64,000 nt of DNA from an uncultured Solibacteraceae bacterium (lineage in GTDB: Bacteria > Acidobacteriota > Vicinamibacteria > Vicinamibacterales > SCN-69-37), in assembly GCA_964419785.1 (NCBI GenBank), contig CAYQRM010000046.1, positions 9,473-73,472 of the forward strand, read 5' to 3'. Made by a program: the position numbers and the translations under genes. Shown piece after piece: positions 28,289 through 38,173 of this stretch. Within the stretch, counting starts at the first letter, position 1. Each line of letters opens with the position of its first letter. Below the pieces are notes generated by a model. The model made no database searches, was not told the DNA's origin, and saw nothing but the letters and a program-made list of their open reading frames with translations.

Positions 28289-28833
28289 TGGTGACCGCCT
28301 TGTGGTTGTCCGGCCATCACGAGTTTGACGAGCGACTCGAACTCGGACACGGGCAACATCCGCCGGAGACTGTCGCCGCGAACGACCTGGCCTGTCGTCG
28401 CGGTCTGCGGTGCCACGACCGGCGCCGCGATCACCTGACCGGCGCCCGGCACCGCACGAATGGTGAACAGTCCTTGCGACAAGCCGACGATACGAAGCGC
28501 GTTGTCACGACCGCGCTTGAGCAGGAAGACCGCTTGATCGTTCACGGCGAACGTCGGCGCGCCGACGAAGACATATCGATACCGGCCGATCGTTCCGCCA
28601 GGCACGCGCACGGAGATGAAATCGTCGGCCTGACCCTTGAGGACGGAATCGACGGCGACGGTCACGGCCGACTCGACGCCGGTCGGCAGCGAGATGCCGC
28701 GCACGTCGGTCACGTGGCCGCGCACGATGAGCGTCGCGTCGGCGACTGCCTCACGGAAGCTGACGGGCACGAGCTCTGTCGCGTGCGCGCCCGCCAGAGA
28801 GATCACGAATAGGAGTACGGTCAGTGTGCGCAT
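28285..28833 (-). CDS. Secreted hypothetical protein (182 aa)
   Basis: Signal peptide MRTLTVLLFVISLAGAHA. No family recognised. The track ORF extension to 29712 is antisense to lpxB. The start codon sits at the edge of the 124-bp palindrome. Confidence 0.6.
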   Translation of the reverse strand: MRTLTVLLFVISLAGAHATELVPVSFREAVADATLIVRGHVTDVRGISLPTGVESAVTVAVDSVLKGQADDFISVRVPGGTIGRYRYVFVGAPTFAVNDQAVFLLKRGRDNALRIVGLSQGLFTIRAVPGAGQVIAAPVVAPQTATTGQVVRGDSLRRMLPVSEFESLVKLVMAGQPQGGHQ

Positions 28834-28955
28834 TGGGGACGGGGGATTTTTCCACAGATCGGGCCCCCTCGGAGCCGGAGGTCGGTCGGTCATCTGCCCT
28901 CCCGACCTCCGGCTCCTTGGGGGCCCGATCTGTGGAAAAATCCCCCGTCCCCAAT
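28832..28955. repeat. 124-bp near-perfect palindrome (54-nt arms, 2 mismatches, 16-nt loop)
   Basis: ATTGGGGACGGGGGATTTTTCCACAGATCGGGCCCCCTCGGAGCCGGAGGTCGG / loop / CCGACCTCCGGCTCCTTGGGGGCCCGATCTGTGGAAAAATCCCCCGTCCCCAAT. Confidence 0.95.
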
Positions 28956-30101
28956 CACTCGCGCCGCACGACGCGACGCGCCGGGGGAACCGAGTGTGGC
29001 GCGGACGGCGGCGAGATCGCGGCGCATCGTCTCGGCGCGGGCACGATCGGTCAAAAGCGACGCGGCTTCCGCCGCGACGGCCGCGGGCGTGAACTCGCCC
29101 TGGATCAGCTCGGGCACGATCGGCCGGCCCGCGACGAGATTCACCATCCCGTACGAACTGACACGGACGAACCTGCGGCCCACCGCGTAGGTGAACGCCG
29201 ACAACCGGTACACGATCACCATTGGGGTCCCGTGCAACGCTGCCTGCACCGTCGCCGTACCGGAAGCGGTGACGACCGCATCGGCCGAGGCCAGGACATC
29301 GTCGGTCGCGCCGGTCGCAATTGCGACCGGCAGGCCGGCGGCACGGACGACATCGAGCGGGGCAAACAACCCGTCGTCGAGCGAGGGCGCGCGGGCGACG
29401 AGAAACTGGACGCCCGGCACCCGCGCGGAGATGAGCGGCGCGGCTGCCGTCAGGCCCGGCAGGACGTGCCGGAGCTCGCTCGGCCGGCTGCCCGGCAATA
29501 ACGCGAGCACGGGTCGAGCGGGATCGAGCTTGTTGGATCGCAGAAACGCGTCGCGCGGCTGGCTCGCGCGCGCGAGGTCGACGAGCGGATGCCCGACGAA
29601 CTCGACGGGCACGCCCGCGCGCTCGTACAACTCCTTCTCGAATGGAAAGATCACGATCATGCGATCGACGTAGCGACGAATCGTCTCGAGCCGCGCAGGC
29701 CTCCACGCCCAAAGCTGCGGACTGACGTAGTAGACGACCTTGATGCCGAGCGCGCGCATCGCCGGCAGCAGGCGGAAGTTGAAATCGGGAAAATCGACGG
29801 CCACGAACACGTCCGGCTGGCGCGTTCGCGCCGCTTCGCGCAACGCATTCAGCATCTTCCAGGATCGCGACAGCACTGGCAGCGCCTCGCTCAAGCCTGT
29901 CACGGAAAAGCCGCGATAATCGCCGATGAGATCGGCGCCCGCGGCCCGAAGCCGCTCGCCGCCAAACCCGAACACTTCGACGCCCGGATCGATTTCGCGC
30001 AGCGCGTCCACAAGCGCGCCGGCGTACAAATCACCAGACGCCTCGCCGCAGGAGATCATCACGCGGTGACGCCGAGCGCCGGCGCCGGCCTCCGCGCTCA
30101 C
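28890..30101 (-). CDS. lpxB: Lipid-A-disaccharide synthase
   Basis: ISCGEASGDLYAG..., VDFPDFNFRL, YYVSPQLWAWR. GTGA overlap with the upstream M16 gene. The last ~21 codons are encoded by the palindrome's right arm, and the stop lies in its loop. Confidence 0.92.
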   Translation of the reverse strand: MSAEAGAGARRHRVMISCGEASGDLYAGALVDALREIDPGVEVFGFGGERLRAAGADLIGDYRGFSVTGLSEALPVLSRSWKMLNALREAARTRQPDVFVAVDFPDFNFRLLPAMRALGIKVVYYVSPQLWAWRPARLETIRRYVDRMIVIFPFEKELYERAGVPVEFVGHPLVDLARASQPRDAFLRSNKLDPARPVLALLPGSRPSELRHVLPGLTAAAPLISARVPGVQFLVARAPSLDDGLFAPLDVVRAAGLPVAIATGATDDVLASADAVVTASGTATVQAALHGTPMVIVYRLSAFTYAVGRRFVRVSSYGMVNLVAGRPIVPELIQGEFTPAAVAAEAASLLTDRARAETMRRDLAAVRATLGSPGASRRAARVIGDGGFFHRSGPQGAGGREGR

Positions 30102-31612
30102 GCCGGAGGCCTCGGCAGCGGCAGACGTGGACCTGTCTTGCTGGGCGAGGAAACGCGCTTGAGTGTCGGAGAGTTGAGATCGAGCTGTGCGACCGGAATG
30201 CGCTCGAAGTCGGTGAAGCCGAGCGCCTTGAGATCGTTGACGAACACGGACGCATCGCCGACAAGGACGATCGACAGCCGATCTGGCTTGAGCAGATCGC
30301 GCGACACGCGCGAAACGTCGCCGACCGTCACTCGCTCGACGCGATCTCGATAGGTCTCGAGGTCCTTGAGATCCTGACCGTAGAACAAGCGACCGAGCAC
30401 CTGCTCGGCAATCGCGGACGGCGTTTCGATCGTGAGCGGAAAGTTGCCCGCCATGAAATCCTGCGCGCCGCGCAGCTCGCGGCCGTCGACGGGCTCTTTC
30501 TGCAGCCGCGCGTACTCATCGACCATCAGCCGCAGCGCCTGCCCCGTTGTCGGCGATCGCGTGTTGGTCTGCGCGACGATGTCGCCGGCGTTCTTGTAGG
30601 CGCGCACGTCCGCCGAGGCGCCGTACGTCAGGCCGCGATCGGTCCGCAGCACGCCGAACAACCGGTTTGCGCCCTCGCCGCCGAGAATGCGAATCGCGAG
30701 GTCGACCGGTAGAAAATCCGGATCCGTACGCGCGATCGCGATCTGGCCGATGCGGATCTCCGTCTGCGCCGAGCCCGGCCGATCGATGACGACAAGGCGG
30801 CGCGTCGGCGGTGGCGGATCGACAGGCGTCACCGCCGGCACGTCACGGCGCGCCCACCCGCCGAAGGCCTTTTCGGCGGCCGCGAAGGCCTCGTCCGCCG
30901 ACAGATCCCCGACCACCGCGAGCAGCGCGTTGTTCGGCACGAACCATGTGCGCTCGAACGCCACAAGATCGTCGCGCGTGATGCGCCCGATCGACTCGGG
31001 CGTGCCATCGTTCGGCCGGCCGTACGGGTGAAAGCCAAATACGAGCCGGTTGAACACGAGATCGGCAAGGTAGTCAGGATCGTCGTAGCTGACTTGCAGC
31101 GATGACAGCATCTGCCGGCGCTGTCGATCGATTTCCTCAGGCGCAAATGCCGGATGCTCGACCATGTCGGCCGCCAGCCCGAGGACGAGATCGACCTGAT
31201 CCTTGACGACGGCGCCGTTGATGAAGGACAGCTCGTTTCCCGCGCCAACGCCGATGATGCCGCCGGCCGACTCGATCTCGGTCGCGATCTGCTCAGCCGA
31301 CTTCGTCGTCGTGCCTTGATTCAGGAGCGACCCGACGAAGCTCGCGACGCCAGGCTTGTCCGCGGGCTCCTGCATCGCGCCGGCGCGCACGAGCAACCGG
31401 AAACTCACCGCCGGTTCTTCGTGATGCAGCACGACGACCACTTGCAGCCCGTTCGACAGCGTCTTGATTTGATACGGCGGAAACGACACCGGCCGCGCCG
31501 CAAGCGGCGGCGGGAACGCCGACTTCGGCCACTGCTGCCGTGCCGACGTGGACACCGCCGCCCCGACGAGCATCGCGGCGATGACGACGATGCGCCGAAT
31601 GCGTCGCCTCAT
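30098..31612 (-). CDS. M16 family peptidase, non-catalytic-type subunit (no HxxEH)
   Basis: MRRRIRRIVVIAAMLVGAAV signal, then ..IKTLSNGLQVVVVLHHEEPAVSFRLLVRAG... ATGA overlap with the upstream M16 gene. The track N-terminal extension was rejected. Confidence 0.85.
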   Translation of the reverse strand: MRRRIRRIVVIAAMLVGAAVSTSARQQWPKSAFPPPLAARPVSFPPYQIKTLSNGLQVVVVLHHEEPAVSFRLLVRAGAMQEPADKPGVASFVGSLLNQGTTTKSAEQIATEIESAGGIIGVGAGNELSFINGAVVKDQVDLVLGLAADMVEHPAFAPEEIDRQRRQMLSSLQVSYDDPDYLADLVFNRLVFGFHPYGRPNDGTPESIGRITRDDLVAFERTWFVPNNALLAVVGDLSADEAFAAAEKAFGGWARRDVPAVTPVDPPPPTRRLVVIDRPGSAQTEIRIGQIAIARTDPDFLPVDLAIRILGGEGANRLFGVLRTDRGLTYGASADVRAYKNAGDIVAQTNTRSPTTGQALRLMVDEYARLQKEPVDGRELRGAQDFMAGNFPLTIETPSAIAEQVLGRLFYGQDLKDLETYRDRVERVTVGDVSRVSRDLLKPDRLSIVLVGDASVFVNDLKALGFTDFERIPVAQLDLNSPTLKRVSSPSKTGPRLPLPRPPA

Positions 31613-32967
31613 CGGCCACCGCCCGCGCTGGCGGCACCCGGAAGCACCGTCAAGAGCATCCGCGACTCGGGCGTGAAGTACGTCCGCGCGACACGCTGCA
31701 CGTCGGCCTGCGTCACGTTCTGGAACAAATCGAACTCGCCGTCGGCCGTCTTGATGTCGTTGTGAATGACGATGGCGTGCGCGAGCTGGAGCGCTTTCTC
31801 CTGAATCGTTTCGCGGCCGAGAATGTAGTCGCGCGCCCACTGCCGCTTCGCGCGGTTCAGCTCCTCGAGCGTCACGCCCTCGGTCTTGATCCGGTCGAGT
31901 TCGTTGAGCAGCGCCTTCTGCACCTCGTCGGGCGTGTGCGGCGGCTGCACGATCGCCACGGCGTAGAACAAATTCGGATTCTCGATGAGCTTCGCCTCGC
32001 CGAAGGCGGCGAGCGCCATCTGCTTTTCGTAGACAAGCGATCGATAAATCCTCGAGCTGTCGCCGTCCGACACGATCTTCTGAAGGATGTGCAGCGGGTA
32101 CGAGTCTGGATGCCCGTCGTACGTAATGTGGTACGAGACGACGACGACCGCCAGCGGCCACGGCTCGGTGATCGAGTACCGTGCCTCTGCCTGGTGCGCT
32201 GGTTCCTGCGGAATCTCGCGAGGCACCGGCTTGCCCTTCGGTACGAGACCCAGATACTGCTCGACCAGCGCCTTCGCTTGCGGCGTGTCAAAGTCTCCAA
32301 CCAGCGCAACCGTCGCGTTGTTCGGCACGTAATACGTGTCATGAAATGCGCGAACATCGTCGATCGACGCGGCTTCGAGATCGGCCATCGAGCCGATCGT
32401 CTGGTGCTTGTACGGATGCGTCGTGAACGCCTTGTCGTAGATGAGCTCCGACAGCAGGCCGTACGGCTGATTCTCGTAGCGCATCCGCCGTTCTTCTTTG
32501 ACGACTTCCCGTTCCGTCATGAACTTCTGCTCGCTGACGTCAAGCGACGCCATGCGATCCGCCTCCATCCACAGCACCATCGGCAGGTACTGCGCGGGCA
32601 ACGTCTCCCAGTAGACGGTCGAATCCTCGTCGGTGAACGCGTTCGATTGGCCGCCGACGCTCGTGATGATTGACGGGTGTTGATCGGGACGCACGTTCTT
32701 CGAACCCTTGAACATCAGGTGCTCGAACATGTGCGCGAAGCCGGTGCGGCCGGGCTTCTCGTCCTTCGATCCGACGTGGTACCAGATCGCGAGATGCACG
32801 ATCGGCGTCGAGTGATCTTCGAGGAAGACGACCTGCAGCCCGTTGGGCAGCGTCGTCATGGTGTAGTCGAAGCGCGTGGGACGAACGACGGTCGTCGGAC
32901 CCGCGCCCGCGACGACGAGCACGGCCCCGAGCACGATCAGGGCGCGAAGCGTCAGCGAGCGGAACAT
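31609..32967 (-). CDS. M16 family zinc peptidase (catalytic HxxEH present)
   Basis: GFAHMFEHLMFKGS (HxxEH) and TLPNGLQVVFLEDHSTPIV, with a signal peptide. Confidence 0.9.
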   Translation of the reverse strand: MFRSLTLRALIVLGAVLVVAGAGPTTVVRPTRFDYTMTTLPNGLQVVFLEDHSTPIVHLAIWYHVGSKDEKPGRTGFAHMFEHLMFKGSKNVRPDQHPSIITSVGGQSNAFTDEDSTVYWETLPAQYLPMVLWMEADRMASLDVSEQKFMTEREVVKEERRMRYENQPYGLLSELIYDKAFTTHPYKHQTIGSMADLEAASIDDVRAFHDTYYVPNNATVALVGDFDTPQAKALVEQYLGLVPKGKPVPREIPQEPAHQAEARYSITEPWPLAVVVVSYHITYDGHPDSYPLHILQKIVSDGDSSRIYRSLVYEKQMALAAFGEAKLIENPNLFYAVAIVQPPHTPDEVQKALLNELDRIKTEGVTLEELNRAKRQWARDYILGRETIQEKALQLAHAIVIHNDIKTADGEFDLFQNVTQADVQRVARTYFTPESRMLLTVLPGAASAGGGR

Positions 32968-32976
32968 GACGCTCGA

Positions 32977-34020
32977 TTATTTCATTTTGGCCTCGAGCGC
33001 CGCCAGACGTGCCGCGAGATCGGCGACCGCCTGACGCCACTCGGGCAGACGCCGCGCGAGCACGGTCATCTCGCGCCATTCCTCGACGTCGCCCGCCGGA
33101 ATGCCGGCGACGTGCTGGCCAGCCGCGACGTCCTTGGTGACCGCGGACTTGGCACTCACCTTCACGCCTCGCCCCAAGTGGACATGGCCCGTCACGCCGG
33201 ACTGGCCGGCCATCACCACGTCGTCGTCGAGCACGGTGCTGCCGGCGATGCCCGCTTGCGCCGCAAGCAGCACGTTGCGACCGACGTGAACGCCGTGCGC
33301 GACTTGCACGAGGTTATCGATCTTCGTGCCCGACCGAATCCGGGTCTCGCCGATCGCGGGCCGGTCGATCGCGGACTGCGCGCCGATTTCGACGTCGTCC
33401 TCGATGACGACGCGGCCGCGCTGGGGAATCTTTTGATGCGTACCATCGGGCCGGCGCGCGAAGCCAAAGCCGTCACTGCCGATCACGGCGCTGTCCTGAA
33501 TCACGACCCGGTCGCCGATGACGACGTCCTCGCGAATCGAGACGTGTGAGTGGATGACGCCGTCGACACCGATCGTCGCGCCCCGTCCAATCACGACGTG
33601 CGGATGGACGGCGGTACGCGCGCCGATGCGGGCGCCCGCGCCCACGACCACGAACGCGCCAAGCGCGACGTCGGGCCCAAGCTCGGCGGAGGGATCGACG
33701 CTCGCGAGGCCGCTGATGCCGCGCGGTCTGGCGGCGGGCGGCGCGAGCGCGGCGACCGCCGCGGCAAACGCGAGGTACGGCTGCGATGCGCGCAGAATCG
33801 CGCATGGCGCGGCGGCAAGCGCATCGTCAGCGATGACCGCCGATGCGCGCGTGGCCGCGACCTGCGAGGCGTATTTCGGATTGGCGAGGAAGGTGACGTC
33901 ACCCGATCGCGCGTCTTCGAGGCTGGCGACCTGCGTGATCTCGATCGTGCCGTCGCCTTCGAGACGGCACGACAACCGTTGTGCGAGCTCGGCGAGCGTC
34001 ACGGCGCGCGAGTATAGCAT
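32977..34020 (-). CDS. lpxD: UDP-3-O-acylglucosamine N-acyltransferase
   Basis: N-terminus MLYSRAVTLAELAQRL...DVTFLANPKY, long hexapeptide-repeat region, C-terminal coiled tail. Start at internal ATG 34020. Confidence 0.9.
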   Translation of the reverse strand: MLYSRAVTLAELAQRLSCRLEGDGTIEITQVASLEDARSGDVTFLANPKYASQVAATRASAVIADDALAAAPCAILRASQPYLAFAAAVAALAPPAARPRGISGLASVDPSAELGPDVALGAFVVVGAGARIGARTAVHPHVVIGRGATIGVDGVIHSHVSIREDVVIGDRVVIQDSAVIGSDGFGFARRPDGTHQKIPQRGRVVIEDDVEIGAQSAIDRPAIGETRIRSGTKIDNLVQVAHGVHVGRNVLLAAQAGIAGSTVLDDDVVMAGQSGVTGHVHLGRGVKVSAKSAVTKDVAAGQHVAGIPAGDVEEWREMTVLARRLPEWRQAVADLAARLAALEAKMK

Positions 34021-34030
34021 CGGGCCCGCG

Positions 34031-34720
34031 TCAGGACCGGCGCGCGCCTTCGACGAAGGCGCTGAGGTGGTCGAGCCCGAGCGACGCGCCCACTTCAGCG
34101 ACACGGGTCATCCTGGCGTTGGCGTCGAGGCCGAACGCTGCGCGAACTTTCGAGAGCGGCGCCGATGGCCGCGCGTCCCACGCCACGCGCTTGAGCCCGT
34201 GCCGAGCGCCGCGCATCGCCAGAAAATGGCCGACGGCGCGGAACAGGAAATAGTACGCGGGCAAGTTCGGGCCGGGCAGGAGCGCGACGGGCGCGCAGAG
34301 GATCGCAAGTGACGCGTCGATGATGGCCCAGAGGCGATGTTTTTCGAGATCGGACTGGAGCGACGCGCGCGCCAGCTCATGCGCGCGCGCTTCAGGGAGG
34401 TCGTCCGGAAAGAACAGATGCACTTGTGGCTCGCGGCGCAGGTGCCAGAGCAGGCGTTGCTCGGCAACCGCTTCGGCGAGCCGCGTGGTAATCCAGCGCC
34501 GCACGCGACCGCGCGGCAACGGCGGTGGCGCGTGCGGGTCGCCGGCGCCGCGACGTCGCTCTTCTTCGCCCTCGTGCAGGGCGCGACCGAACGCGTCCAT
34601 GACCCGTTGGCGGATGGAGCGAGGCGAGGCGGCGGGATCGCCGGGCGCGAGATCGACGTCGCCGTGCTCGCAGTACAGCTCGTGGCGATCGGCGCCGACC
34701 GGCACGAGGAAGACGTCCAT
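34031..34720 (-). CDS. Conserved hypothetical membrane protein
   Basis: Coding-like ORF with a hydrophobic segment LWAIIDASLAILCAPVALLPGPNLPAYYFLFRAVGHFL. Family not confidently recognised. Confidence 0.55.
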   Translation of the reverse strand: MDVFLVPVGADRHELYCEHGDVDLAPGDPAASPRSIRQRVMDAFGRALHEGEEERRRGAGDPHAPPPLPRGRVRRWITTRLAEAVAEQRLLWHLRREPQVHLFFPDDLPEARAHELARASLQSDLEKHRLWAIIDASLAILCAPVALLPGPNLPAYYFLFRAVGHFLAMRGARHGLKRVAWDARPSAPLSKVRAAFGLDANARMTRVAEVGASLGLDHLSAFVEGARRS

Positions 34721-34727
34721 GCGGTGA

Positions 34728-35639
34728 CTACGGCGCGATGGGCAACGGCCGGCGTGGAGCCGCCGGAAGCTTCGGCTTGCCCGCGCGTTCCCAGGCGCTC
34801 TCGACGGCGCTGACGACGGCGCTGGTGGCCTCGCTCATTCGCCGTTCGAGAATCGGCCGCGCGCCGGTGAAGAACTTGGCGTAGTACACATCGTCGTACG
34901 CCTCGCGGCCGGCCTTGGCCGCGCGATCCGCGTCGAGCACCGGCGCGACGAGCGACTGACTCGTGACGAGCGTGTCGAAGATGAAGGCGCGGATGTCCGG
35001 AATCGGCGTCACGGCCACGGGCGCGAGCTTGAGCGACGACAGGTTGCGCGCGACCAGCTCGCTCTCGAAGCGCGCGTGGATGCCGTGCTGGTTGGTCATG
35101 TCGCCGTCGTGGTTGCCGGTCGCGTGAAACGGTACGTGCGCGTCTTCGACGTAGTGCGAGAGCACCGCGATCAAATACCGTGAGTCGTCGGCCGCATAGG
35201 GTGCAGTGCTTTTCCCGATGTCTTGAAAGGTCGCGACCAGCTTGTTGAACGTCTCCTCGACGCGCCAGGGCAAACGGCCGGCGCGATTCGCACGGTCGGC
35301 GCCGTATCGCTCGACGAACTTTGTCCAGTCGCGCGGCACGTTCGTGAACGGCGGCGGCTCGTCGAGCGCGTCGAGATCGAGGTAGTGATTCGGCGGCTCG
35401 GGACCGAGCGGGCCGGTGAGTCCCATCACGCGCCAGAGATCGGGATCGACGGCATGCTCGCTGACGAAATCACTCTTCGGCGCGAGAAACGCGCGGAGCT
35501 CGGCTGGCATGTTCTCGAGCGCGCGGCGCGTGAGGTACCGGTGGACGTCCATGCTCCACGCCCGCAGCGCCGCTGGCGCCGACAGCACCATGAACGCCGC
35601 GCACAACGCGACGATCGAACGCATCCGCTGTTTCATCAT
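34728..35639 (-). CDS. Secreted zinc-dependent phospholipase C / S1-P1 nuclease-like protein
   Basis: After the signal peptide the mature end is W-x-x-x-x-H ([10 protein letters not shown]). His/Asp-rich motifs: [26 protein letters not shown]. Confidence 0.6.
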   Translation of the reverse strand: MMKQRMRSIVALCAAFMVLSAPAALRAWSMDVHRYLTRRALENMPAELRAFLAPKSDFVSEHAVDPDLWRVMGLTGPLGPEPPNHYLDLDALDEPPPFTNVPRDWTKFVERYGADRANRAGRLPWRVEETFNKLVATFQDIGKSTAPYAADDSRYLIAVLSHYVEDAHVPFHATGNHDGDMTNQHGIHARFESELVARNLSSLKLAPVAVTPIPDIRAFIFDTLVTSQSLVAPVLDADRAAKAGREAYDDVYYAKFFTGARPILERRMSEATSAVVSAVESAWERAGKPKLPAAPRRPLPIAP

Positions 35640-35678
35640 CGCGATTCCCAGACCGTGACCATGCTAGCATCCTGACTC

Positions 35679-35975
35679 ATGCCGTCGAAGCTCACGCGCG
35701 ACGAGGTGTTACGCGTCGCCCGTCTAGCGCACCTCGAGCTGTCCGAGTCCGACGTCGACATGTTCACCGAGCAGCTCGCCAACATCCTCGCGTACGCGAG
35801 CGAAGTCCAGCAGATCGACACGACCGGCGTCGCGCCGACGTCACACGCGCTCACGAGCGGTCCAATGTGGCGCGAGGACGAACCCGAACCGTCGCTCGAT
35901 CGCGACACGGTCCTCAAGAACGCTCCGGACGCGCGACGCGAGGCCGGCCTCTTTCGCGTGCCCAAAGTCCTGTGA
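35679..35975 (+). CDS. gatC: Asp/Glu-tRNA amidotransferase subunit C
   Basis: [44 protein letters not shown]. Confidence 0.93.
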   Translation: MPSKLTRDEVLRVARLAHLELSESDVDMFTEQLANILAYASEVQQIDTTGVAPTSHALTSGPMWREDEPEPSLDRDTVLKNAPDARREAGLFRVPKVL

Positions 35976-37435
35976 CGACCGGCGCGTCCGATCCGTTCCG
36001 TACGGCCACCGCGCTTCGTGAGGCGATCGCGAAGCGCGAGCTCTCAGCCGAAGAGGTCTGCCGGGCCGCGCTCGATCGCATCGCGACCGTCGACCGGCCA
36101 CTGCACGCGTTTCAGTTCGTGGCCGGCGATCGCGCGCTCGATCGCGCGCGAGCGCTCGACCGGCTCGACTCGCCTGCCGGCCCGCTGCACGGCGTGCCGA
36201 TCGCGCTCAAAGACAACATCGCCGTAAGAGGTCTCGTCGCAACCGCCGGATCGCGCGTGCTCGAGCGGTACGTCGCCGTGTTTGACGCGACCGTCACCGA
36301 GCGGCTCGAACGCGCGGGCGCCGTCATCGTCGGTAAGACCATCTGCGACGAATTCGCCATGGGCTCCTCGACCGAGAACTCGGCCTACGGGCCGAGCCGC
36401 AATCCGTGGGCGCTCGATCGCGCGCCCGGTGGATCGAGCGGCGGATCGGCCGTCGCGGTGGCCGCCGGTCTCGCACCGCTCGCGCTCGGATCGGACACAG
36501 GCGGATCGATTCGCCAGCCCGCCGCGCTCTGCGGGGTCGTCGGGATCAAACCGACCTACGGCCGCGTGTCGCGTTTCGGACTGATCGCTTTCGCGTCTTC
36601 GCTGGATCAGATTGGCCCGTTTGCGCGCACGGTCGAAGACGCGGCGCTGTGTCTCGAGGCGATCAGCGGCGCCGATCGACGCGACGCGACCGCGGCCCCG
36701 CGCGAGGTGCCGCGCTTCCTGCCGGCCGATGCGCGCGACGTACGCGGGTTGCGTCTCGGTGTGCCCGAACGCGTGCTCGCCTCCGGCGTCGATCCAGACG
36801 TGCGCCGGGCCTTCGACGAGAGCATTCGCGTGCTCGAGCGGCTCGGGGCGACGGTCCGTCCCGTCGAGCTGCCGCACAGTCATGCCGGCATTCCGGTGTA
36901 CTACCTGGTGGCGACGGCCGAAGCGAGCTCGAACCTCGCGCGCTACGACGGCGTGCGCTACGGCCTGCGCGCGGACGCGACTTCGCTCGACGCGATGTAC
37001 GACCGCACGCGTAGCGCCGGCTTCGGCGCCGAAGTGAAGCGCCGCATCATGCTCGGCACCTACGTCCTCTCGGCGGGCTACTACGACGCCTACTACCTCA
37101 AGGCGCAGCAGGTGCGGACGCTCATCCGGCGCGATTTCGAGATCGCCTTCGCGGACGTCGACGCGGTCGCGATGCCGACGACTCCGACGCCCGCGTTCCG
37201 GCTGGGAGAAAAAACCGCCGATCCGCTGCAGATGTACCTCGCAGATATCTTCACGGTGACGGCACCGCTCGCGGGGCTGCCCGCGCTGAGCGTGCCGTGC
37301 GGGTTCTCGAGCGATCACTTGCCGGTTGGCTTGCAGCTGATTGGACGAGCGTGGGACGAGGCGACGCTGTTTCGACTGGGGGCCGCCTACGAGCAGGCCA
37401 CGCCGTGGCACGGCATGCACCCGCCGCTCGGATAG
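35972..37435 (+). CDS. gatA: Asp/Glu-tRNA amidotransferase subunit A
   Basis: Amidase signature [14 protein letters not shown] and [16 protein letters not shown] overlap with the gatC stop. Confidence 0.95.
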   Translation: MTTGASDPFRTATALREAIAKRELSAEEVCRAALDRIATVDRPLHAFQFVAGDRALDRARALDRLDSPAGPLHGVPIALKDNIAVRGLVATAGSRVLERYVAVFDATVTERLERAGAVIVGKTICDEFAMGSSTENSAYGPSRNPWALDRAPGGSSGGSAVAVAAGLAPLALGSDTGGSIRQPAALCGVVGIKPTYGRVSRFGLIAFASSLDQIGPFARTVEDAALCLEAISGADRRDATAAPREVPRFLPADARDVRGLRLGVPERVLASGVDPDVRRAFDESIRVLERLGATVRPVELPHSHAGIPVYYLVATAEASSNLARYDGVRYGLRADATSLDAMYDRTRSAGFGAEVKRRIMLGTYVLSAGYYDAYYLKAQQVRTLIRRDFEIAFADVDAVAMPTTPTPAFRLGEKTADPLQMYLADIFTVTAPLAGLPALSVPCGFSSDHLPVGLQLIGRAWDEATLFRLGAAYEQATPWHGMHPPLG

Positions 37436-37439
37436 ATGA

Positions 37440-37766
37440 TTACGCGGCCGCCGGCCGCCGCATCGCGCGCAAGAACAACCACGTCAGGGCGACGACGGCG
37501 AGAAGCGGCAGCGTCGGCACGAGCACGGCCAGCGCCACGCCGGCCACGGTCGCAACGGCCGCGAGCGCCAGCGCACCGAAGACCAACCCCAAGAGCACGG
37601 CCAGAAAAACTTTGAGAATGAGGAAGGGCAGCGCGACGAGCGCGAACAACAGCCGGAACGGCAGCAGCACGATCCAAATCGCTGCCTGAACGATCAGCCA
37701 GATCAGGCTCGCCGCAGCCAATCCGATAGCCAAGCCCGCGCCAACAAGCACCCCGAGGAGCATCAT
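37440..37766 (-). CDS. Small hydrophobic membrane protein (108 aa), unknown function
   Basis: Almost entirely TM-like (3-4 helices). The SD GGGAGG lies 5 nt upstream of the ATG. Confidence 0.5.
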   Translation of the reverse strand: MMLLGVLVGAGLAIGLAAASLIWLIVQAAIWIVLLPFRLLFALVALPFLILKVFLAVLLGLVFGALALAAVATVAGVALAVLVPTLPLLAVVALTWLFLRAMRRPAAA

Positions 37767-37771
37767 TGTGG

Positions 37772-37807
37772 CCTCCCGTCCCCTTCGTCTCCTGAGACGA
37801 CGGGAGG
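37772..37807 (-). terminator. GC-rich hairpin downstream of rpoZ that also contains the SD of the next gene
   Basis: CCTCCCGTC (37772-37780) pairs with GACGGGAGG (37799-37807). On the minus-strand RNA the 3' arm is the GGGAGG SD of the 37766 ATG. Confidence 0.45.
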
Positions 37808-37828
37808 GTGCCGTGAGTTCCAGCGGCG

Positions 37829-38083
37829 TCAGCGAACGCCAGGCGTTTCGGGGACGGTGTAGGAGATGAGGCGCTGCTTCACTTCATCCATCGCGGCGCG
37901 CTCGAGCCGATGCGGCAGATGCCGGCCTTCGGTCGCCTGCAGACGCACGCGTGCGCCGCGGCGCAGTTGATTGGCGCGCATCGCCGCAACATCGACGAAA
38001 AGAAATCGACTGGTAATAGCAGGCGCGAGCTCGATGGGAACGGCCGCCGCGTGTTCGTCGTGGGACGGAAGTTGGTCAGCCAT
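37829..38083 (-). CDS. rpoZ: DNA-directed RNA polymerase omega subunit-like protein
   Basis: SRFLFVDVAAMRANQLRRGA resembles the omega core motif (xRYxLVxxAAxRAxQL). Size is appropriate. Confidence 0.6.
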   Translation of the reverse strand: MADQLPSHDEHAAAVPIELAPAITSRFLFVDVAAMRANQLRRGARVRLQATEGRHLPHRLERAAMDEVKQRLISYTVPETPGVR

Positions 38084-38173
38084 CGTACGAGCGTATCACG
38101 CAGCGGATCAAGAACAACGCGGCCGGACGGGCCTGCGCAATCGCCCGCCCGGTCGCGACAAAACGGTCAGGCG

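Noticed and set aside
28285-29712. N-terminal extensions of track ORFs (28285..29712, 10132..11943, 30098..32161, 44455..46080, 45462..46331, 45828..48047, 47686..49239, 35867.., 38887.., 55172.., 50598.., 2689..3570, 8609..9403, 9187..9825).
   Set aside because: The extended parts overlap neighbouring real genes and are low-complexity. Internal starts give signal peptides or family-typical N-termini, often with 4-nt ATGA/GTGA overlaps to the upstream stop.
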